NCBI GenBank assembly: GCA_965222375.1
Contig: CBDCTZ010000011.1
Location: forward strand, 288,001 to 352,000
Direction of reading: 5' to 3'
Length of the DNA stretch: 64,000 nt
Source of the DNA: Polyangiaceae bacterium
GTDB lineage: Bacteria > Myxococcota_A > Polyangia > Polyangiales > Polyangiaceae
Shown here: one piece after another, positions 40,716 to 49,362 of the stretch
Position numbering within the stretch: position 1 is the stretch's first letter
Layout: each line of letters begins with the position of its first letter
Translations under genes and position numbers: made by a program
Notes under the pieces: model-generated
The model's database searches: none
Seen by the model: only the letters and a program-made list of their open reading frames with translations
What the model was told of the DNA's origin: nothing

Positions 40716-41354
40716 CTAGCGCTCAGGGCGCAGGCTTTCGATGCGGAGTTTGAGAAGCGTTTTGAGCTCGCGCAGCAGGCGGTTTCGTTCACGCGTCGGG
40801 GAGTAGGAGGCGACGCGAACGGTATTCGCGGCGGTTTGCGCGGCGTAAAAGCAGAGATCCCGGAGACCTCGACGATCGACCTCGCACATCACCGCCTCGA
40901 GCCGCGCGGCGAGGTACTCGCTGATCCGTAGCGTGTCTTCGAGATCGTGCTCCCGGAGCTCTGGGTTGGCGAGGGCGGCAGCCCAGATCGTGGGAAACTC
41001 CTTCTCTTCTCGAAACACTCGAACCAGCACATCCACCATGCGGTCGATGGCTTGGGGCACGTCATCCGGGGTCTCGACCCTGTCGAGAACTCGCGCCAAG
41101 CGTGATTGAAAGAGCTCGAAGTAGCCGATCATGAGCTGTCGCAGGATGGCGGTCTTGTCGGGGAAGTACTGGTAGATGCTGCTCACCGGCACGCCGGCCT
41201 CGGCGGCGATGTCACGCATGCTGACCGCGTCGCTGCCCTGCTCGCCAATCAGGCGCCGGGCAGCTTCTTCGACTGCTCGGACCTTGGCGCGGCTGCGTTC
41301 TTGCCGTGGGACGCGGCGGTCCGGTGCGGGAGGCGGGGCGGCTTCGACGATCAT
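40716..41354 (-). CDS. TetR/AcrR family transcriptional regulator
   Basis: PRQERSR...SMRDIAAEAGVPVSSIYQYFPDK HTH; start set at ATG 41354. Confidence 0.92.
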   Translation of the reverse strand: MIVEAAPPPAPDRRVPRQERSRAKVRAVEEAARRLIGEQGSDAVSMRDIAAEAGVPVSSIYQYFPDKTAILRQLMIGYFELFQSRLARVLDRVETPDDVPQAIDRMVDVLVRVFREEKEFPTIWAAALANPELREHDLEDTLRISEYLAARLEAVMCEVDRRGLRDLCFYAAQTAANTVRVASYSPTRERNRLLRELKTLLKLRIESLRPER

Positions 41355-41358
41355 CTGC

Positions 41359-41390
41359 TTGACAGCGTAACCTGAACAATGTTCAGATTT
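41359..41390. promoter_or_regulatory. Palindromic putative TetR operator overlapping a sigma70-like promoter
   Basis: Perfect inverted repeat CTGAACA-A-TGTTCAG (41372-41386) and TTGACA (41359-41364) in the 40-nt gap between divergent genes. Confidence 0.7.
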
Positions 41391-41394
41391 CAAC

Positions 41395-42978
41395 ATGATT
41401 CTTCAAAACAACCGGGATCTGGTCGCCCAGGACGAAGCCCTGAGCATCCGGCGTGGTCGGCTCTTCATCGAGCAGCGGGATGCGGCGGAGCTCGTACGCG
41501 AGTTCGGATCACCTCTGTTCGTCACGTCCGAAGCGCAGCTGCGTTCGAATCTGCGGCGCTACAGCCGGGCGTTTGCGAAACACTGGCCGGCGGGTGTGGA
41601 CATCCTTCCAGCCTTCAAGGCCAATTGGACGCTTGCTACGCGCCGGGTTCTCAACGCCGAGGGGGCCGGCGCCGACGTGTATTCTGAAGGCGAGCTGCAT
41701 GGCGTGCTCGAATCGGGGACGGACCCCGCGCTCGTGAGCGTCAACGGTGGCGGCAAGAGCGAGGCACTGCTCAGGAAGTGTGTCGACGCAGGGGTACGCA
41801 TCACTGTCGAAGATCTTGACGAACCGGCACGCATCGACCGCATCGCGGGCGAGCTAGGCAAACTTGCGACCATCCGTCTTCGAGTCAAACCCAGCTTCCC
41901 CAACTTGTGGAGACCCACGGAGTTTGCCGTGCAGTACGCGAGCATCGATCTCGGCATCCAGGCGTACAAGTCGGGCATCCCTGCCGAGTACCTCCCGGAG
42001 CTCGGTCGCAACGTGCTCGCGTTGCCGAACGTGGACCTCGTTGGACTGCATCTTCACGTCGGCCGTCACCATCCGAGCCTGTGGTACTGGCGCGGCGTCA
42101 TGCGGCGCTACGGTGAGCTGATCGCCGATCTCTGCGACGCCTGGGGCGGCTGGCGCCCCCGCGAAATCGACGTCGGGGGCGGCTTTGCGACGCCGCGGGA
42201 CCCCTTCAACAAAGACGGGCTCCGACAGGATGTGCTCTCATCGCTACTGGCCTATCCGGCCGAGCAGTTGCTTCGCCTCTCCGGAGAGAAACGGCGCTAC
42301 CGCGTGCTCACCACGCTCATCGAACGCCTCTTCGCCCGCGCTCCCTCGACGTTCCGCTCACCAACCATCGAACAGTACGCCGAGGTCGTCTGTGACGAGC
42401 TGCTCGGGGTCTTCTCGCGGCGCGGTATTGATGCCGGGCAAGTTCGTCTTCAAGCCGAACCCGGGCGCGGTGTGTACAGCGACGCTGGTGTGCATTTGGC
42501 TACGGTCAAGAAGGTCAAGCGCCAACACTCACCCCTCAAGCTCAATTGGGTGCTGACGGACACGACGTTCTTCTTCCTCGCCGGCGGAACGATGGTTGAC
42601 CACTTCTTGCACGACTTCGTGGTCGCGAACTGCGCAGACGCTCCCTTGGAGGAGACCGCGGACGTTGTGGGTCACTCCTGCGCTTCTGACCGGATCTTGC
42701 CCTTCGTACGCGTCCCTCGCTTGAAGACCGGCGACGTCATCGCCTTCCTAGACGCCGGCGCTTACGAAGAGAGTAGCGCCAGTAACTTCAACGCTCTGCC
42801 CCGCCCGGGCACGGTACTCGTCAACGGCGACGATGCGACCATCATCCGCCGCGCTGAAACCATCGAGGACGTGTTCGCTCGAGACGTGGTTCCAACGAGG
42901 CTTCGCAAGCAGGCGCACCCGCCGCCTCCACTTCGAGGGGATCTCGATGCTGGTCCAGAGTTGCACACGCAACACTGA
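41395..42978 (+). CDS. Group IV PLP decarboxylase (diaminopimelate decarboxylase-like, divergent)
   Basis: PAFKAN (PLP Lys), SEGE, GLHLHVG, IDVGGGF, EPGR, GHSC, GAY...SNFN. Confidence 0.85.
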   Translation: MILQNNRDLVAQDEALSIRRGRLFIEQRDAAELVREFGSPLFVTSEAQLRSNLRRYSRAFAKHWPAGVDILPAFKANWTLATRRVLNAEGAGADVYSEGELHGVLESGTDPALVSVNGGGKSEALLRKCVDAGVRITVEDLDEPARIDRIAGELGKLATIRLRVKPSFPNLWRPTEFAVQYASIDLGIQAYKSGIPAEYLPELGRNVLALPNVDLVGLHLHVGRHHPSLWYWRGVMRRYGELIADLCDAWGGWRPREIDVGGGFATPRDPFNKDGLRQDVLSSLLAYPAEQLLRLSGEKRRYRVLTTLIERLFARAPSTFRSPTIEQYAEVVCDELLGVFSRRGIDAGQVRLQAEPGRGVYSDAGVHLATVKKVKRQHSPLKLNWVLTDTTFFFLAGGTMVDHFLHDFVVANCADAPLEETADVVGHSCASDRILPFVRVPRLKTGDVIAFLDAGAYEESSASNFNALPRPGTVLVNGDDATIIRRAETIEDVFARDVVPTRLRKQAHPPPPLRGDLDAGPELHTQH

Positions 42979-43074
42979 AACCAGCGGCACACTGCGCCGC
43001 CAATAGGCGCTGTAAGGCTCGTCCTGACGCGTCCGATCAAGCTCGAGGTGCAAAGTGCGCTATGGTCCGGCGCC

Positions 43075-44121
43075 ATGAGAACGTCATTCTGCGTCGCGAT
43101 CCCGTTTGCGCTCTTGGCCGCCTGCGGTCCCAAGCCTGAGCCCGAGCCCCCAACCGTGGCTCCGCCCCCGCCCGCGCCCACGGTCGAAGCGCCGCCGCCG
43201 CCGGCTGCGCCAAGTGCGGAAGAGCTGGCCAAGAAGGAAGCCGACGAGGCGGCGCGCAAGAAGCTGGCGGATCTCGAGGTCAAAGCCAAGGCGGAGCGCG
43301 AGCGCTGGACTGACGAGCTACGCGAGAGCGTGAAGAAGCTCAGCGGCAAGAAGTACTGGAACGCTACGACCGGACTCCAGGCCGCGCTCAAGAGCCCGCA
43401 CCGCCAAGCCGGCCATGCAGAGCGCGATGCCGCTCGTCATCCGATCAAGACCATGAACTTCATGGGGCTACGTCCTGATATGACAGTGCTCGAGATCGGT
43501 AGCGGTGCTGGCTGGTACACGGAGCTGCTTGCGCCCGTGCTGGCTACGCGGGGCAAGTTGTTGGTGACGGCTCGGGATCCCAACGGCCCAGAGACTGAGT
43601 CGGCCACATTTTATGGGCGGCGCTTCAAGCACTACATCGACAAGTCGGAAGAGCTGTCGGGCAAGGTCGAGGTCATCATCGTCGACCCGAAGAACATGCA
43701 GTTGGGCCATGCAGGCAAGGTGGATCTCGCGTTTGCTTTCCGCGAGATGCACAACTGGCACCGCCGCGGCAGACGAGTGAAGCCGAATCTCGAGCAGGTT
43801 TTCGCCGCCCTCAAGCCTGGTGGCACCTTCGGGGTGGTCCAGCACCGTGCCGCGGAAGGAGCCAACCCCGACGAGAGCGCAGAAAAAGGCTATCTGCCCG
43901 AAGCATGGGTGGTCGAACAGGTCGAAGCCGTGGGATTCAAGCTTGCGAAGAAGAGCGAGATCAACGCGAACTCCAAGGACATCAAGGACTACCCCGAGGG
44001 CGTGTGGACTTTGCCGCCGACCTTGCGCCTCAAAGACAAGGATCGTGACAAGTACGTTGCCATCGGCGAAAGCGATCGGATGACCTTGAAGTTCACCAAG
44101 CCCAAAGCAGCGGCGAAGTAG
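43075..44121 (+). CDS. Lipoprotein with class I SAM-dependent methyltransferase-like domain (COG4798 type)
   Basis: Lipobox LLAAC, VLEIGSGAGWYT, ALKPGG, GVWTLPP, IGESDRMTLKF. Confidence 0.85.
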   Translation: MRTSFCVAIPFALLAACGPKPEPEPPTVAPPPPAPTVEAPPPPAAPSAEELAKKEADEAARKKLADLEVKAKAERERWTDELRESVKKLSGKKYWNATTGLQAALKSPHRQAGHAERDAARHPIKTMNFMGLRPDMTVLEIGSGAGWYTELLAPVLATRGKLLVTARDPNGPETESATFYGRRFKHYIDKSEELSGKVEVIIVDPKNMQLGHAGKVDLAFAFREMHNWHRRGRRVKPNLEQVFAALKPGGTFGVVQHRAAEGANPDESAEKGYLPEAWVVEQVEAVGFKLAKKSEINANSKDIKDYPEGVWTLPPTLRLKDKDRDKYVAIGESDRMTLKFTKPKAAAK

Positions 44122-44128
44122 GCGCTCA

Positions 44129-45340
44129 CTACCCCGGCGTCGTCTCCAGCTTGCGTCGAAATCGAACCGTGAGCTTAGGCTTGCACGGTGTTGCTGCGCA
44201 ATCCCGTGTGCCGTCGGTGAGTACTTCGAGGACAGCGCGGCTGCCTGAAAACACCAGGCGCATCAAGCCGAGTTCCTCTGCATCCTCGCCCGCCGCGAAT
44301 AGTCTTCCGGGCTCGGCGGCATCGTCGATGGGGCGAAGCTTGCACCCAGCACCGCTGACCAGCAGCACACCACTGCCATGCGCCTTGCCATCGAACACTT
44401 GCAGACCATGTTCGTGTCCCGATGCATACGCCAGTGGGCCCGTTGGAAGACGGCGGAACAACGTGGAAAGCCGCTCCCGGAAGACCGAGTTGCGACCGCC
44501 GGAGACATCTTGATTGGTGATGCCTGAGCGGCGAAAAACTGGGTAGATGAAGGGCATCGGCAAGAGCAGGCCCGACCACAGATTCGTTCCGGGAAACCAG
44601 GTGTCCTGCGCGCCGAAGTAGCCGCCGTGAGGCCCTCGGGTTTCGAGCGGGTGATGGCCGAGGACGATGGTGGGGCGATCCGTCGGAGCGATTGCCTTTG
44701 CCAGCGCTCGTTCCACGTCGCTCTCGCTTCGAAGGCGGCATCCGGGCGCTCGTTCGTCCTCGTCGCGCAGCCACCACTCGGTGTCGATGCCAACGAACAC
44801 AGCTGCTCGAGTAACGTGCCGCTCCGGCCCCGGGCAGGCGCGTTGAGGCAGCATCTTCACCTTCACCCCGGTGCGAGCAACCCGCGCCAAGTACTCGGAC
44901 TGACGCCGGACCCGCCGCCAGCCATCGGAGGCGCCGTGCCCCCAGTCGTGGTTGCCCGGGAGAAAGAGCGCCGTCGCTCCTGTGCCCTTCACGAGGTCGA
45001 TCTGCGCATCCAAGCGCTCGCGATCGCGAGCGTGGCCGCTCGACGAAGGTTCACGCAAACCCGCGGGATAGATGTTGTCTCCCAGGAAGACCACGACGAC
45101 CTCGGAACGCTTGGAAGCTTCGACGACCTCACGCCGCAGTTGCGGGTACAAGGTGGTGCTCGAGAAGTCGTCTCCTGCGTCTCCGATCAAGTACGCCACG
45201 GTTTGCGCAGATGTCGACAGCGTGGGTGGCGTTCCGGCCGGGTAGCTCGGGGTCGATGCGCAGCCCAGCGCCCCGCTGGCCACCGACGCCGCGACACCGA
45301 GGGCCGCGCCCCTTGCTTTCGCCCTGCAGATGGAACCCAC
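44129..45340 (-). CDS. Calcineurin-like metallophosphoesterase lipoprotein
   Basis: IGDAG, LGDNIY, PGNHDW, GHHP, SGHEH. Confidence 0.88.
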   Translation of the reverse strand: MGSICRAKARGAALGVAASVASGALGCASTPSYPAGTPPTLSTSAQTVAYLIGDAGDDFSSTTLYPQLRREVVEASKRSEVVVVFLGDNIYPAGLREPSSSGHARDRERLDAQIDLVKGTGATALFLPGNHDWGHGASDGWRRVRRQSEYLARVARTGVKVKMLPQRACPGPERHVTRAAVFVGIDTEWWLRDEDERAPGCRLRSESDVERALAKAIAPTDRPTIVLGHHPLETRGPHGGYFGAQDTWFPGTNLWSGLLLPMPFIYPVFRRSGITNQDVSGGRNSVFRERLSTLFRRLPTGPLAYASGHEHGLQVFDGKAHGSGVLLVSGAGCKLRPIDDAAEPGRLFAAGEDAEELGLMRLVFSGSRAVLEVLTDGTRDCAATPCKPKLTVRFRRKLETTPG

Positions 45341-45396
45341 GAGCGGCGCAGCGTAGCATTGCGCCGTCGAGGTGCGGGCCGAGAGCGCGGGTGCCT

Positions 45397-45467
45397 AGTA
45401 GTGGCCCAGCGCCGCTCCACCGTCGCACCCCTTCGGGTATCACGAAGCGCGTCGACCCCAACCAAAC
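45397..45467 (+). repeat. Dispersed bipartite intergenic repeat, copy 6 (long form)
   Basis: AGTAGTGGCCC...ACCCCTTCGGGTATCACGAAGCGCGTCGACCCCAACCAAAC. Confidence 0.7.
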
Positions 45468-45559
45468 TCATCTCCTCGTGCCTTTCACGTGCCATCGCGC
45501 GGAGGTTGCTCCTTTCGGGGGCACGTGTTTCTATGCCCGCTCACCGGAGGTTTGTCACC

Positions 45560-45925
45560 ATGAGCAAGGAATCAGCACGCGCGTTTTACGAGAAGGTCAA
45601 GTCAGACAGCAAGTTGGCCGACGAGGTCACCAAGCGTGGCTCCGATTTGACTGACGACGACATGGTGAACATCGCAAAGGGCGCCGGGTTCGACTGCACG
45701 GCGGACGAACTCGACGAGGTCGGCGAGGAGCTCGGCAGTGAGCTCAGCGACAGCGATCTGGACGCGGTTGCGGGCGGTAGCGGCGCCACTTACGTCAAAG
45801 GCAAAGGCCTAGCCTGGAAGGCCGGTCCTGCTAACAAAGCGCTCAAGATCAAGCCGGGGATCCAGGCCGGTTCGGTCGGAGCCTACAAGGCCTCCGCCAT
45901 CAAAATGAGTCCGGGAAAGAAGTGA
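45560..45925 (+). CDS. Nif11-like leader RiPP precursor A
   Basis: RBS GGAGG and ATG 45560, inside ORF 44627..45925. Leader MSKESARAFYEKVKSD...AKGAGFDCTADEL...ELSDSDLDAVAGG, then a 48-aa Lys-rich core. Confidence 0.92.
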   Translation: MSKESARAFYEKVKSDSKLADEVTKRGSDLTDDDMVNIAKGAGFDCTADELDEVGEELGSELSDSDLDAVAGGSGATYVKGKGLAWKAGPANKALKIKPGIQAGSVGAYKASAIKMSPGKK

Positions 45926-45982
45926 CGGCCCGCTACGTTGTAGGTACGGCAGAGAAGTGAGTCCGGCGAGGGGAGCAAGCCG

Positions 45983-47149
45983 CTGAGTGATCTCCCGCGC
46001 GACGGCTACGTCGAACTCGGGGGCACGATACGTGCTCGTGATGCCGCCGAGACGCTGCGCTGGTTGAGGCCCAAGCTCGCTCGGGTCGGCGTGACCCGGA
46101 TCGCCCGCGTCACCGGCCTCGACCATGTTCGCGTGGCGGTCAGCGTGGCAGTGCGGCCGCTGTCACGGACGCTGTCTGTGTCACAGGGCAAGGGCGTTTC
46201 CGCCGAGCTAGCGGACGCGTCCGCTGCAATGGAGTCGATCGAACTCTGGCACTCCGAGGAGGCACGACCGCCCGAGCTTCATGGCAGCTATGCAGAGCTC
46301 GCGGCTGCCGGGCATCCGGTTGTCGATCCGGTCACCCTTCGACCGGGGGGACCGTTCCCGCACTCCGCCGACCTCAGATCTGAGGCGTGTGGTTGGCTAG
46401 CAGGTCACAATCTGGCGTCGGGAAAACCCTGCTTCGTCCCTCACTATTTTTGTTCGATCCGGTCCGACCAAGCTCAACCGGCGCACCTGACCAGCGTGGT
46501 GGACTCGACGGGCCTTGCTGGAGGCAACACCATCGAGGAAGCGACGTGTCACGCGCTCTGCGAAGTGATCGAGCGGGACGCGACCGCCCGCTTCGAAGCC
46601 TTGGACAGCGACGCGCAAGACGCTCGCGAGCTCAATCTGGCGACGGTCACCGGCCCGGCCCGGCAGCTCATCGACAAGATTGAAGCGGCGGAGCTCCGCG
46701 TGCAGTTGTGGGACCAAAGCTCCCACGTCGGGCTGCCGGCTTTTGGCTGCACGATTCAAGGAGTCGACGAGTTCCGTGGGTTGGGGCTTTTCGATGGCTA
46801 CGGCGCACATCTGGACCCAGAAGTCGCGGTCTGCCGCGCGACCAGCGAGGCCGTACAATCACGTTTGACGATCATTAGCGGCGCGCGAGACGATCAGCCG
46901 CCGACGACCTATCAGGCGATGCAGCTGTCCCAAGGGGTAGCGCGCGCGCCCACCCCTCCTCGTCACTCCTTCGCAAAAGCCCCAAAGTGTCAGACCACGG
47001 GCAGCTTCCGGGGCGACCTACGTCTGCTGGTGCGGCTGCTGGTCGCGGCAGATTTTCCCGACGTGATTCGCGTGGACCTCAGTCAGCCGGAAATCGGCAT
47101 TCCTGTCGTGTTCGTGTTCGTGCCTTCGGCCAAGGTGCTGTTCGAGTGA
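45983..47149 (+). CDS. ycaO: YcaO-family enzyme (TfuA-associated, thioamide-forming type)
   Basis: GTIR...ETL, GVTRIARVTGLD, SQGKG, MESIE, STGLAGGN...EVIERDA, EAVQSR. CTG start at 45983 inferred; the ORF track starts at TTG 46064. Confidence 0.92.
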   Translation: MSDLPRDGYVELGGTIRARDAAETLRWLRPKLARVGVTRIARVTGLDHVRVAVSVAVRPLSRTLSVSQGKGVSAELADASAAMESIELWHSEEARPPELHGSYAELAAAGHPVVDPVTLRPGGPFPHSADLRSEACGWLAGHNLASGKPCFVPHYFCSIRSDQAQPAHLTSVVDSTGLAGGNTIEEATCHALCEVIERDATARFEALDSDAQDARELNLATVTGPARQLIDKIEAAELRVQLWDQSSHVGLPAFGCTIQGVDEFRGLGLFDGYGAHLDPEVAVCRATSEAVQSRLTIISGARDDQPPTTYQAMQLSQGVARAPTPPRHSFAKAPKCQTTGSFRGDLRLLVRLLVAADFPDVIRVDLSQPEIGIPVVFVFVPSAKVLFE

Positions 47150-48801
47150 CGGTGTCCGGCGCAACTCGTGACGACTCGCCCGTTGTGGTGTTTCTGGGTC
47201 CCACACTCTCAGTGGCCGACGCGCGGGCCGAGCTTCCCGACGCGCTGTACGTGCCACCCGCCCGCTGTGGTGACGTGCTGCAGGCGCTGCGCCTGTCACC
47301 TCGCGCGCTCTTGATCATCGACGGCACCTACGAGCGCACCCCCGCGGTGTGGCACAAGGAGATTGCCCTGGGGCTCGAGCGCGGGATCCCGGTGTTCGGC
47401 GCGGCGAGCATGGGGGCCCTGCGCGCCGCGGAAATGGAAAGCCTGGGAATGATCGGCATAGGTGGCATCTTCGCCGAGTTTCGGGATGGCAAGCTCGTCG
47501 ACGACGATGAGGTCGCCGTGATCCACTCCGCCACCGGAGAGCCCCTCTCCGAATCGATGGTGGACATCCGCGCCACGGTTCAGCGCGCGGTCGAACGCGG
47601 GCTGCTGCAAACCGACCAGGCAGGGGAGATTGAAAGCGCCGCGAAGCAGCTGTTCTATCCAGAGCGCTCATTCGACGCCGCCCTGGCCCAGGTGAGCGAC
47701 GGCTCCGCGATGCGCCCCTTCGCCCAGTGGCTGGCGGAGGGCGGGCGGGTCAAGCGGAAGCGAAGTGACGCACTCGAGGCGCTGCGCGTTGTCGCTCGCT
47801 ACCGCACAAACGGTTTTCCCCAGGTGTCCACTGCCGAGCCGGTGACGGTGCCACGCACGTCGGCGCTGCGGGTCCTGTCACGACATGTGGCTTGCAGCGC
47901 GTACCACGGCGAAAACCCCGCACTTCCCGTTTCGGAGCGCGTGCTGCAGGCGGGGCGCTTCCTGGGCGCTCCATACCGCGATGCCAAGCGCCTCGCCGAG
48001 CTCATGGGCACGCTCTACGACGTTGCGCGAGCGCAAGCCGCAGTAGGAGAGCTAAACGTTGACGCCACGGACGGGGCGCTAGGTCCGTGGTGGAGCGAGA
48101 TGGATTCGCTCGAATGGGCGACTGCCAACGACAGCACCCGCGAAGAGCAGCTCGCGCTGCGCGACCGTATCCGGCTTATCGCTCGGCTGGAGCGCGACGT
48201 GCTCCGTCCACCGCCCGAGCCACGCGCCCTCTTGACTTGGCGCGTGGCGACCCGCGAGTCGCGCTATTTGCGCTGGTTGGATGCCCTCGACGACTCGACG
48301 GGGTCTGTGCCAGCGCCTGCCGCGCGTGTCCGGCGCTTGACCGCCCGAGCCTGGCGGACGCTCGATGCGGTGGCCCGCGACGTAAAGCTGATTCCGCACG
48401 CCGAGTTGCTCGCCACTGAGCTCACTGGCATCCGGGCTCAGCTCGGCCTGGTCGAGCCCGAACAGTTCGAGAGGTGGTCGGTCACTCATCGCCTGAACCC
48501 CCACGAGCTCGGTGCGTTGCTGATCGCTCACATTCGATGGCACGCGATCGCCAGCGAGGTACAACCGGCTGCGCTCGGGGTGAAGCAAAGCAACGAGACG
48601 GTGCACTGGCTGCTCGACGCGATGCGACTCAGCGGGCTCTATCCGATCGCGCGCGAGCTGTTGACTCTCGACCCCGCCGAACGCGAAGCGACCGCAATCT
48701 TCCCAAAGAATCTGCTAGAAGCTCTTGACCGCGACCTCGAGACTGACGAGCCTGCAGCTATGAGGCGTAGCTTGTCGCTGTTGGGCGCTGCGCCCGCTTG
48801 A
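47146..48801 (+). CDS. tfuA: TfuA-like protein with long C-terminal extension
   Basis: VFLGPTL, PPARCGDV, IDG, PAVWHKEI, GAASMGALRAAE, DDDEVA; GTG start overlaps the ycaO stop. Confidence 0.92.
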   Translation: MTVSGATRDDSPVVVFLGPTLSVADARAELPDALYVPPARCGDVLQALRLSPRALLIIDGTYERTPAVWHKEIALGLERGIPVFGAASMGALRAAEMESLGMIGIGGIFAEFRDGKLVDDDEVAVIHSATGEPLSESMVDIRATVQRAVERGLLQTDQAGEIESAAKQLFYPERSFDAALAQVSDGSAMRPFAQWLAEGGRVKRKRSDALEALRVVARYRTNGFPQVSTAEPVTVPRTSALRVLSRHVACSAYHGENPALPVSERVLQAGRFLGAPYRDAKRLAELMGTLYDVARAQAAVGELNVDATDGALGPWWSEMDSLEWATANDSTREEQLALRDRIRLIARLERDVLRPPPEPRALLTWRVATRESRYLRWLDALDDSTGSVPAPAARVRRLTARAWRTLDAVARDVKLIPHAELLATELTGIRAQLGLVEPEQFERWSVTHRLNPHELGALLIAHIRWHAIASEVQPAALGVKQSNETVHWLLDAMRLSGLYPIARELLTLDPAEREATAIFPKNLLEALDRDLETDEPAAMRRSLSLLGAAPA

Positions 48802-48835
48802 TAGGCCGCGGGCGACGCAGAGGACTGGAGAAACT

Positions 48836-49336
48836 ATGCGCAAGGTGCTTTTCATCTTCGGGCAGCTCACAGACAGCGATGTGCAGTGGTTGGCGAAGCA
48901 AGGTCGGCGCACGCGAGTGCCCAACTCGACGGTGCTGATCGAGCAGGGTGTCGCGTCCGAGACCGTCTACATCGTGTTGGAGGGTGAGCTCGTCGTCGAA
49001 CAAGGCTCGCCGCGTCGAGAGATCGCGCGGCTGGGCGGCGGTGAGATGGCGGGGGAGATGTCTTTTGTCGACGCGCGGCCCCCAAGCGCCACCGTCACAG
49101 CCGTTAGCGATGTCGTCGTGTGCGCAATACCGACAAACACCCTCGCCAAGGAGCTGCAGAAAAACCTGGCCTTCGCCGCTCGCTTCTACAAGGCGGTCGC
49201 CACCTTCTTGTCCGATCGTTTGCGAAAGGCGACCGACCCGGATCACGACGACGAACTCGACGACAATGTGTTGGACACGGTCGATCGTGCCGGCGCACGA
49301 TTTCAGTCCCTGGGCAGACAGCTTCTCGACGGCTGA
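48836..49336 (+). CDS. Cyclic nucleotide-binding domain protein (bacteriocin transport-associated type)
   Basis: YIVLEG, GEMAGEMSF, PSATV; directly upstream of the NHLP export genes. Confidence 0.88.
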   Translation: MRKVLFIFGQLTDSDVQWLAKQGRRTRVPNSTVLIEQGVASETVYIVLEGELVVEQGSPRREIARLGGGEMAGEMSFVDARPPSATVTAVSDVVVCAIPTNTLAKELQKNLAFAARFYKAVATFLSDRLRKATDPDHDDELDDNVLDTVDRAGARFQSLGRQLLDG

Positions 49337-49362
49337 GGCGAACCCCCGCACGCGACACTCCG

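Noticed and set aside
43075..45340. Methyltransferase-like and phosphoesterase genes as part of the RiPP cluster
   Set aside because: Both are exported lipoproteins of widespread families, outside the operon; nothing in the sequence links them to it.
10151..45467. Dispersed repeat as a sigma-factor promoter (TACTCT as -10 on the opposite strand)
   Set aside because: Orientation fits a downstream gene for only three of six copies, and one copy lies between convergent genes.
44627..45559. N-terminal 311 codons of the 432-aa ORF 44627..45925
   Set aside because: Antisense shadow of the metallophosphoesterase gene; only the last 121 codons (precursor A) have an RBS and family motifs.
45983..47149. 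YcaO as azoline-forming cyclodehydratase
   Set aside because: No E1-like partner or dehydrogenase, no PxP C-terminus, Cys-free cores, and TfuA is adjacent.
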